From: Planctomycetota bacterium
GTDB taxonomy: Bacteria; Planctomycetota; B129-G9
Length of the DNA: 51,788 nucleotides
Assembly: GCA_043816375.1 (NCBI GenBank)
Contig: JBDRIB010000280.1
Coordinates: 1 to 51,788 of the forward strand
Reading direction: 5' to 3'
Part shown: positions 44,934 to 51,788 of the stretch, one piece after another
How positions within the stretch are numbered: the first letter of the stretch is position 1
Layout of the letters: each line of letters starts with the position of its first letter
Translations under genes and position numbers: made by a program
Notes under the pieces: model-generated
What the model was told of the DNA's origin: nothing
The model's database searches: none
What the model saw: only the letters and a program-made list of their open reading frames with translations

Positions 44934-47168
44934 TCACCAGCGGATGTGATTCCGCAGGCAAAATTCCGCGTTCAACTCGGCAATTTCTTCCGGAGACAGT
45001 TTTGCAAGCGCTTCTCCTATCCCTCCGGAGCCGGGTGGTCCGGTATTCAGCCGCCCGACCAGAAACCCATACATCCTTTTCGCCAGGGCAGTATAAGGCG
45101 AATATTGCTCATCTTCAAGAGAAAGGTAATAAAGCAGAAAATAAATATATCTCGAGGGCCGCTCGGTCTCCAGTCGGTACAGGTTGTTCAGCAGAACCAG
45201 GTGAGGATGGCCGGCATTGACCGAGGCAAAGGCCTCCGCATATAACTCGATTCGATTGTGGATGCGCCTCGGAGAGAAACGAGCCCTCACGCCCTCGATG
45301 AAATATGACGGAATATGGGCGATAATGGGAAGATGCCTGTTCATATCGATGATGTGCCCCTCCTCGTGAGTTGCAACTGCATCAATCTCGGCGGCCAGGA
45401 GATGCTGAAATACCTCGTCGTATGCGGCCTCGTCCTCTGTCGGAAGACTCAGGTCCCCGAGCGCGGCCTTCAGAAGCGCGTTTCTGTCGGCGGACCAGGC
45501 TTCTCCCGTCTCTCCACCGCGCAACAGGTCGGCCGCCGCGCGCACCTGGACCATCGCCGGCCGGAGCGGCTGCATATCCACATAGTACCCTTTTCGCGAC
45601 AGCGAGGCCTGCCCCGTGATGACCGGCCGGTTTGCCGTGTAGCCGTAAAATGATGTGATGCTGTCCTCGTCGCACAACGCCCACGCGTGCTTCGATTTCG
45701 CCCGGTGCCGTCCGCCGCTTCCGTCTTTCGCAAAGCAAACCGAAGTCTCGCCCGGGCTCATCTCGAACCAGGCGACGATGTTCATTACTTTCAACGAAAA
45801 CGGCCCGTGTATCTGCGACAGGTGGAGATACCGGCCGAACTCGAGAAAGTAATTTGCCAGACCCGAATGTCCGTGATTAACCCCGTGGATTTCCCTGCCG
45901 TAAAAGACTAATCTGTAAATGCCATTCGAGTCGTCCGACAGTACTATGCCTTTGGCGCGGGCGATGCGCCTGAGAGCCCGGACTACTGCGGAGATGTCCG
46001 GGGTTCCCTGTGCGCGCAACTGGCCGGCGTAAACGTCGTCCATATACTCGCGCGCAGCCCCGACGAAAGCGCGGTGCCTGAGCAGTTGTGCCAGTTCCAT
46101 TACGGTTGCGAGTCCGTCGGGTTTTATGCGAAGCGCGTGCTTGCACTGCTCAATCGCCTCGTCTATCCACCCCAGGTGTCTGTAACACTGCGCGAGGTCG
46201 TGGTGGGTCATATAGTCCGGGGGCGAGAGATTTTCAGCGGCCGTGCTGAGGAACCCGAGCGAGCGCACGATATCAAGGAGTTTGTTGCGCTGCGAATACA
46301 CCACGGACCGCGGTATGGACCTCTGCCATATCTCCAGCGCCTTCACATATTGTCCTTGCCGGACGTAGAAGAATCGCGCCTGCCGCACCGCCTCACTGTT
46401 GTACGGGTCCAGGGCGAGGGCCTTCTCGACGGCCTTCGCCGCTTCTTCGTCCCTGCCGAGGTCCGTCAGGCACCTGCCCATCAGGGCGTGAAGAGGCGAA
46501 GAATCGGGGAAAAGTTCTACGGCCTTTTGCGAGCGTTTCAGGACCTGTTCCGACGCGCCGTTGCGCACGGCCCCGGCCAGGTAGCGCGCATATATCTGCC
46601 AGAGTATCTCGCGTTCCGGCTCTTCAGCGCCTTCGACGGCCTGATATTCTTCGAGAGACCTGACAGCAGCGGCGAATTCTTTCGCCTTGAAGTGTGCGAC
46701 GGCGCGCAGCAATTTCAGTTCCGCGCATCGCGGGTGGACTCCGGCCGTTTCGCCGAGCAGTTCCGTCGCGCGGTGCGCCTTGCCCAGAACAAGCAGAGAC
46801 TCGGCGGCGGCCTTCACTTCCTGTGCGTTAAGTCTGTGTATATCGTGCGGCAGACACGCGGCCCTCGAAAAATACCGTCGCGCGCGGTCCGGACTGCCTG
46901 TTTCTATCAGAAGCCTGCCCATAAGGTGATTTGCCACGCGGCTGTGCGACCAGGCCCGGAGCGCCCGGCGGCACTCTTCAATCGCGCCTTCCCCGTCTCC
47001 TTCGGCGAGCAGTTGCCGGGCCCGGACGGTATGCATCCCGGATTTCACGGGGTCCGCGCGGAAGATGCAGCCCTGCCAGCCGACGGCGGCTGTAACCGCG
47101 AAGGCCAAAATTAAAACCCGCCATCGCGGGCGGGCAAAGATTGATGCTGTCACTTGTTTTGAAGACAT
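44934..47168 (-). CDS. TPR-repeat protein with C-terminal uncharacterised HExxH domain
   Basis: N-terminal anchor (...AAVGWQGC), about 350 aa of TPR repeats, then about 380 aa containing ATHEEGHIID. Confidence 0.75.
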   Translation of the reverse strand: MSSKQVTASIFARPRWRVLILAFAVTAAVGWQGCIFRADPVKSGMHTVRARQLLAEGDGEGAIEECRRALRAWSHSRVANHLMGRLLIETGSPDRARRYFSRAACLPHDIHRLNAQEVKAAAESLLVLGKAHRATELLGETAGVHPRCAELKLLRAVAHFKAKEFAAAVRSLEEYQAVEGAEEPEREILWQIYARYLAGAVRNGASEQVLKRSQKAVELFPDSSPLHALMGRCLTDLGRDEEAAKAVEKALALDPYNSEAVRQARFFYVRQGQYVKALEIWQRSIPRSVVYSQRNKLLDIVRSLGFLSTAAENLSPPDYMTHHDLAQCYRHLGWIDEAIEQCKHALRIKPDGLATVMELAQLLRHRAFVGAAREYMDDVYAGQLRAQGTPDISAVVRALRRIARAKGIVLSDDSNGIYRLVFYGREIHGVNHGHSGLANYFLEFGRYLHLSQIHGPFSLKVMNIVAWFEMSPGETSVCFAKDGSGGRHRAKSKHAWALCDEDSITSFYGYTANRPVITGQASLSRKGYYVDMQPLRPAMVQVRAAADLLRGGETGEAWSADRNALLKAALGDLSLPTEDEAAYDEVFQHLLAAEIDAVATHEEGHIIDMNRHLPIIAHIPSYFIEGVRARFSPRRIHNRIELYAEAFASVNAGHPHLVLLNNLYRLETERPSRYIYFLLYYLSLEDEQYSPYTALAKRMYGFLVGRLNTGPPGSGGIGEALAKLSPEEIAELNAEFCLRNHIRW

Positions 47169-47219
47169 CGTTTCAACTGTACTCTATGCGGGAATTCACA
47201 AATACTCAAGTTGATTGCT

Positions 47220-47239
47220 CTTGCGCCAACATCGGTGAC
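47220..47239. repeat. Left inverted repeat CTTGCGCCAACATCGGTGAC
   Basis: The reverse complement of 47683-47702 matches at 19/20. It is followed by the split palindrome GGTGAC-TCCGCCTGAGGCGGATAAAT-GTCACC. Confidence 0.85.
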
Positions 47240-47352
47240 TCCGCCTGAGGCGGATAAATGTCACCGTAAGATGCAATTTCCGGTTTGAGGTTTTCAGGCG
47301 ACAAAACTCCCTCCACCCGGCGCTCCTGCGCTGATTTTCGCTCGCCCATCGG

Positions 47353-47559
47353 TTACTTCAGACTGATTGTAATCGCCCGGCCCTTTTTCGCAAGCGCGAC
47401 CTTGTCCTCGCGGGCCAGCCAGCCCACCGCCATATCGAAAGTCCTGTTGTCAATCTTGACGGCTTTCATGGCGCTTGAGTATGAGCACGGTTTGCCCGCG
47501 TCACGGGTGAGATATTGGTAGATTTGGCCGGCGGCGGTCCCTATTTCCTGATTCGTCAT
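47353..47559 (-). CDS. Small winged-helix protein (DUF2582-like)
   Basis: 68 aa: MTNQEIGTAAGQIYQYL...MAVGWLAREDKVALAKKGRAITISLK. GGGGAGGGG Shine-Dalgarno. The start is taken at Met27 of the track ORF. Confidence 0.75.
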   Translation of the reverse strand: MTNQEIGTAAGQIYQYLTRDAGKPCSYSSAMKAVKIDNRTFDMAVGWLAREDKVALAKKGRAITISLK

Positions 47560-47607
47560 CGTCCCCTCCCCAAATTGGAAAAATTGAGGCTTGAACCGCA
47601 CAACAAG

Positions 47608-47637
47608 ATTATAGAGCAATGCCGGTACTAATGTCAA
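47608..47637 (-). promoter_or_regulatory. Near-consensus sigma70 promoter of the winged-helix gene
   Basis: Minus strand: TTGACA, 18 nt, TATAAT. Confidence 0.65.
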
Positions 47638-47682
47638 CGACGAATGTCAGGGGTCGGATTGCTTTTTGCGTCCTACGGGACT

Positions 47683-47702
47683 GTCACCAATGTTGGCGCA
47701 AG
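47683..47702. repeat. Right inverted repeat GTCACCAATGTTGGCGCAAG
   Basis: See 47220-47239. It is preceded by GGGACT, giving GGGACTGTCACC. Confidence 0.85.
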
Positions 47703-47718
47703 GTCGGTCAACCTGAGT

Positions 47719-48597
47719 TTATTCATCTTCGACCGGCGCTTCCTCTGGGAGTTCCGGCAGCGTGATTTTCAGGGTCTTCTCTTTGCCCTTCCTGATAATC
47801 TTGATATCGACTTTTTCGTCGCGCGGAGCGGTCTTTACCGCGTCGTTCAGCGACTCAATGCCCTTGATGTCGGTCCTGTGTGCTTTTGTGATAACGTCGT
47901 TCACCTCAAGGCCGTCCTTTGTGGAGGAAGGTTCCTCGCAGACCTTCACAACGACCACGCCGCCTTCTATCCCGAGATGGCTCGCCAGTGTCGAGTCAAC
48001 GGGTCTGACGCGAAGGCAGGGCAGGACGCACTCCGGATAATATTGCAGGCTGTTCACATCAAGAACATCCGCCAGCGTCACGCCTTTGACTGTCTTCAGG
48101 ATGTCGTTGTAGCGTCGGAGCAGACCGGACATCCCCTCTTCGAGTTTCGGCAAATACTCCTTCTGTTTCTCCGGGTCCTTGCATCCTTCGATTATATTAA
48201 GCCACTGTTCAACAGTGAAACTCTGCTCCAGGAGCGGCATTTCTACGGCGCCCGCCATCGCCTTTACGTAAAGTTTGTAGAGTTCCGGGTCTTCCTTCTT
48301 GAGGGCCTCTTCGCTGTCGAACTGTTTTTGTGTCATTTGGGGGCGGGCGTCGGGAGAGTGCTCCATTATACTGACGGTGATTTTCCCGTCCGCCGCCTTG
48401 ACAAAATTGTACAAAATGGCTTTGCCGTCCTTGTTAACCACGATTCTTCCGTATCTTCCCCCCTCTCCCGCTCTTCCTGGCGGCAACTCTCTCCAGCCGG
48501 GATTCCCGTCGGGGTCTGTTGAGTCCTGGGAAAACACCTCGTATGCGCCGGAAACAAGGATAATCCCGACGACAACCGGAATAATAAGTCTCTTCAT
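47719..48597 (-). CDS. Secreted PDZ-domain protein
   Basis: Signal peptide and a C-terminal PDZ (LGIEGGVVVVKV...GLEVNDVITKA...IKIIRKGKEKTLKITL). Confidence 0.7.
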   Translation of the reverse strand: MKRLIIPVVVGIILVSGAYEVFSQDSTDPDGNPGWRELPPGRAGEGGRYGRIVVNKDGKAILYNFVKAADGKITVSIMEHSPDARPQMTQKQFDSEEALKKEDPELYKLYVKAMAGAVEMPLLEQSFTVEQWLNIIEGCKDPEKQKEYLPKLEEGMSGLLRRYNDILKTVKGVTLADVLDVNSLQYYPECVLPCLRVRPVDSTLASHLGIEGGVVVVKVCEEPSSTKDGLEVNDVITKAHRTDIKGIESLNDAVKTAPRDEKVDIKIIRKGKEKTLKITLPELPEEAPVEDE

Positions 48598-48713
48598 TGC
48601 TCTGCCCTCCTCTCGCAGTTTTCAACGGGCGAAATTTCCACTCGCTTCAATCGGATATTATACGTGCGAAAAATGCCGCCTGTTTGCCGGTCCGGTGCGG
48701 CGGGGCCCTCCCT

Positions 48714-50246
48714 TCAATTCGCAACTTCAGGTATATTCACCCGCCGCAGCCTGTAAACAACCGCGCCGAAAAAGCGCTTCGGCTCCCCGTCCAGAACGAA
48801 ATCCAGGGGGACCAGTTCCCGCAGCCGCACGTCCGGGTCCGTGCCCTGCATCCAGTGCTCGGTTTCAACCGGTATGACAAGGTAACATACATCCCCGGGT
48901 TTGACCGCTTCCTCCATCATCAGGACCGACCTTCCGACGCGCTCGAGCATCGGCCTGCCGTGATAAAGGGGCAGATGACGGCCCGCAAGCAGCCGCTCGT
49001 CCAGCCGCCCGCGATTGTAGTATATCGACGGGAAATACGTTTTGTACGAGGAGTGAATGATTACGCGCTCGTCGCCCGCTTCTTCTTCCAGGTACAGAGC
49101 GACTCCGCGCGCGTCCGTACCCGCATAGTCCCTGTCAAAATAATAATAGCACAGCGAGACCACCGACAGCACCGCTATGAGACAGACCCAGACTATCCGC
49201 ACAACACGCGAGCGTCCCTGCATAACGCCGATTGCCGCCAGTACCAGAAAAAACGGAAAGGTATGCACCAGAAAGCGCGGGTTGAGCATCGGCCTGACAA
49301 TAAGCGAAAAGAACACAAGTATCCCGAGCGGGACTATAACGCACATAAAGCACACCTCCCTCAGGTCGTCACGGCCGGGTCTGAATACAGCCGCAACAAA
49401 GGCGGTGCCGAACAGAACGGCGCCGGCCGCCACGACGGCAATAACATCCCAGGAAGGCGCGTGCGGTATCGGAAAGGCAATGCTCATATGACGGAACAGA
49501 TTGAAGATGTCCTGCAGTTCCGGCGAGTGGAAATACCCGAAAATCTCCTGCACATCGCCGGCCTGCGACAGCAGAAACACCCCCCCCAGCGCGCCGCCTG
49601 CAATCGCAAGCGCCATGGCGAGAAGGGCCCACTTCGGCCTGCGCCAGAGAAGCACAACAGCCGCCACGGCCTGACCGGCCGCAAGCAGCACATAAAAGGG
49701 ATGCACGGCGCAACCCACAACGCCCGCCACCACCCAGGCCACAGCCCAGGCAGCCACGCCTCGCCGGCCCGATGCAACCCTCCCGGCAAATTTCGCAAAG
49801 GCAAGCGCGGAAAACATACTCACCGCAACAAGGCACGAATACATCCGCAATTCCTGCGAACGCCAAATCAGCACCGGGCTGAGCGCGACCATCCCCGCCG
49901 CCAGCAGCGGCAGCCAGGCGGCGCGTTCCCCCTTGTCCCTGGCGGCAAATTCGCGCACAAAGAGATACGTCAGCCATATCGTGAGCACACCGAAAATTAC
50001 CGACGGCAGGCGCCCCCAGAATTCGCCGCGCGAGACCTTGAGCCAGAAGTGCATAAAGAGGTGATAAAGAGGAATCTTCCTTTCCTGCTCCATCGCCAGC
50101 GAGGCAACCTCACCCGCAGGCTGAACCGAAGGCAGCGCGGTCTGGACCTCATCGAACCAGAAGGAACGCGCGCCGAGCCCGGCAAGCCTCAGGGACAAGC
50201 CGGCAAGCAGGATAAGAAGCAACAGGAGCGTTGTTCGATTTTTCAC
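48714..50246 (-). CDS. Polytopic glycosyltransferase, GT39/GT83 (ArnT/PMT-like)
   Basis: N-terminal LRLAGLGARSFWFDE motif and about 11 TM helices. GTG start with an AGAGGGGA Shine-Dalgarno. Confidence 0.75.
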   Translation of the reverse strand: MKNRTTLLLLLILLAGLSLRLAGLGARSFWFDEVQTALPSVQPAGEVASLAMEQERKIPLYHLFMHFWLKVSRGEFWGRLPSVIFGVLTIWLTYLFVREFAARDKGERAAWLPLLAAGMVALSPVLIWRSQELRMYSCLVAVSMFSALAFAKFAGRVASGRRGVAAWAVAWVVAGVVGCAVHPFYVLLAAGQAVAAVVLLWRRPKWALLAMALAIAGGALGGVFLLSQAGDVQEIFGYFHSPELQDIFNLFRHMSIAFPIPHAPSWDVIAVVAAGAVLFGTAFVAAVFRPGRDDLREVCFMCVIVPLGILVFFSLIVRPMLNPRFLVHTFPFFLVLAAIGVMQGRSRVVRIVWVCLIAVLSVVSLCYYYFDRDYAGTDARGVALYLEEEAGDERVIIHSSYKTYFPSIYYNRGRLDERLLAGRHLPLYHGRPMLERVGRSVLMMEEAVKPGDVCYLVIPVETEHWMQGTDPDVRLRELVPLDFVLDGEPKRFFGAVVYRLRRVNIPEVAN

Positions 50247-50462
50247 TTTCCCCTCTCTTCAACTTTGTGAAAAAAAACATTACAGTCCCGAAGTTTTCAT
50301 TCTAAAACCCGCCCGCAGCCTGTCAAGGGGCGAATTGTAAAATAAGGGGGGGGCAGTCCCTTTACTTTACTATTATTGATACGGGAGGGTGGCGTCTTAA
50401 GGGCTTTACCGGGCCGGGCGTGTTTTGTATAATTATCTATCTGTTTTCTGTGAGGAGACGCG

Positions 50463-51488
50463 ATGTTCGCGCCATATGAACTTGGACCAATACGACCGCC
50501 CAGCGAGGCGCAAAGTCTGTTGATACGCGTCACGCGCAACTGCCCGTGGAACAAGTGCGAGTTCTGCCCCGTTTACAAGGGCAAAAAATTCTCCCGCAGG
50601 AGCGTGGATGAAGTAAAACGCGATATCGACGCCGCCGCGGAATATCACGGCGACGCGTTTCAAGCCGCATTTCTTCAGGACGCAGACGCCATAAATGTCA
50701 ATACCGGCGACCTGGAGGAAATCATAAGGCACCTCAAGAAGCGTTTCCCTTCGGTAAAACGCATAACAACGTACGGCCGCGCGCTCTCGGTCGTACGAAA
50801 GTCCGCGGAGGAACTGGCGCGGCTCAAGGAGGCGGGGCTGACGCGGCTGCATATGGGCCTGGAGAGCGGTTCGCAGAAGATTCTGGACTACGTCTGCAAA
50901 GGCCCAAAGGTCGGGCGGATTATCGAGGCCGGACAAAGGGTCAAACAGTCCGGCATTTCGCTGTCGGAATACGTTATACTCGGACTGGGCGGAAAGGATA
51001 TGTGGCGCGAGCACGCACTCGAGACGGCCAGGGTGCTGAACGCAATCGACCCCGACTTCATCCGCGTGCGGACGCTTCGAATCGTGGAGGGCACGCCGCT
51101 CTGGGACAAACTCGCCTCCGGCGAGTTCAGGCGGATGACCGACGAGGAAATCGTGGTCGAGGAACGGTTGTTAATTGAGAATCTCGAAGGAATAGAAAGT
51201 TATTTCGCAAGCGACCATTCCCTGAATCTCCTGATGGAAATTGAAGGGCAACTGCCCGACGAAAAGGAGACGATGCTTGCGGTAATCGAGCGCTACCTGT
51301 CGTTGCCCGTGAGGGAGAAGCGCCTGTTCGAACTAGGGCGGCGGATGAACGTATTTTGGTGTCTGGAAGACATTGAAAAGCGGAAGAAGCGGCGCGCAAT
51401 TGTCGAAAAAGAGATGGAGGCGATTGAATCGGAGTCCGGCGCCTCCGTGGAGGATATAACCTTCCAACTGATGGGAAGAATGATATGA
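50463..51488 (+). CDS. Radical SAM-superfamily protein
   Basis: Cys cluster NCPWNKCEFCPVY near the N-terminus, with GxE/ribose-type motifs downstream. AGGAG Shine-Dalgarno and a TGTATAAT extended -10 upstream. Confidence 0.7.
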   Translation: MFAPYELGPIRPPSEAQSLLIRVTRNCPWNKCEFCPVYKGKKFSRRSVDEVKRDIDAAAEYHGDAFQAAFLQDADAINVNTGDLEEIIRHLKKRFPSVKRITTYGRALSVVRKSAEELARLKEAGLTRLHMGLESGSQKILDYVCKGPKVGRIIEAGQRVKQSGISLSEYVILGLGGKDMWREHALETARVLNAIDPDFIRVRTLRIVEGTPLWDKLASGEFRRMTDEEIVVEERLLIENLEGIESYFASDHSLNLLMEIEGQLPDEKETMLAVIERYLSLPVREKRLFELGRRMNVFWCLEDIEKRKKRRAIVEKEMEAIESESGASVEDITFQLMGRMI

Positions 51489-51500
51489 AGTACTCAGATT

Positions 51501-51571
51501 GGTGACTGTCACTAATTACGGAATCGACCCCGACTTTGTCGGGGGAGATTCGTAGATTAGTGACTGTCACC
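51501..51571. mobile_element. MITE-like element, type II copy (E4)
   Basis: GGTGACTGTCACTAATTACGGAATC...GATTCGTAGATTAGTGACTGTCACC around a CCCCGAC-TTTG-TCGGGG hairpin. Confidence 0.8.
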
Positions 51572-51583
51572 AATTAATGCTCC

Positions 51584-51644
51584 GGGGACAGTCCGCGGCG
51601 CCCCGATTTCGGCCTTCGCCTCATCGGGGCTTGGGACAGTCCCC
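51584..51644. repeat. GGGGACAGTCCGC ... GCCCCGAT-loop-ATCGGGGC ... GGGACAGTCCCC module
   Basis: Two GGGACAGTCC cores flank an 8-bp-stem hairpin. Confidence 0.75.
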
Positions 51645-51707
51645 TCGAAAACGTCTTGCACACTTTGTTCAAGACAATCACCTCGTCCGAGAACAGAGGA
51701 CCAGAAT

Positions 51708-51788
51708 ATGAGCCAGCCCTGGCAAGAGAAATACCGGGAGAAACTTGCCACACCAAGGACCGCGCTTCGTAACGTCAAGCCGGGACAG
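51708..51788 (+). CDS. 5' end of a gene, possibly acetyl-CoA hydrolase/transferase family (continues beyond window)
   Basis: AGAGGA Shine-Dalgarno then ATG. MSQPWQEKYREKLATPRTALRNVKPGQ resembles the N-termini of CoA-transferases. Only 27 codons are visible. Confidence 0.35.
   Translation, partial: MSQPWQEKYREKLATPRTALRNVKPGQ

Overview
This is a GC-rich (roughly high-50s % by eye) chromosomal segment from a diderm bacterium. I cannot place it taxonomically from the sequence alone. Zn-ribbon/TM N-termini, HEAT/TPR/ankyrin proteins and many genes without a Shine-Dalgarno hint at an uncultured PVC-like lineage, but that is only an inference. I support about 41 coding regions. Housekeeping genes include rpsI (3' end), lexA, dtd, alr, a polyprenyl synthase, a CDF exporter and a LolCDE-like transporter. 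Envelope genes include two beta-barrel porins, an AsmA-like protein and a GT39/83 glycosyltransferase. Signalling genes include two hybrid histidine kinases, an ECF sigma with a ZAS-like partner, an FHA-GAF-HD-GYP protein and a PilZ protein. There are also several proteases and a serine-palmitoyltransferase-like/GNAT pair. RNA genes are tRNA-Thr(CGU) and a type-A RNase P RNA; many long ORFs in the supplied track lie antisense to real genes or across rnpB and are rejected. I found no rRNA, cas genes, transposase, integrase or phage genes. The most unusual content is non-coding. The 13-bp palindrome GGTGACWGTCACC occurs only between genes and builds two families of MITE-like elements, including a nested copy and ends that co-vary. 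A small winged-helix gene has its own consensus promoter and is framed by inverted repeats carrying the same half-site. Three identical 21-bp palindromes sit at an exact 76-bp period beside rnpB, and twin 19-bp palindromes lie in the lexA control region. One intergenic region is built from cascades of 7-8 nt tandem repeats. An unlisted 33-codon poly-lysine gene has its own terminator. Among the proteins, three loci most deserve follow-up. The first is a five-gene minus-strand cluster at 41046-47168 (two TPR-metalloproteases, PilZ, a small membrane protein, a repeat lipoprotein). The second is the Lol-like operon ending in a degenerate HD-GYP protein. The third is the pair of AT-richer cargo genes at 33528-34127 and 39025-40509, which share a 3' stump. 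All functional calls come from motifs read by eye; no database search was possible.
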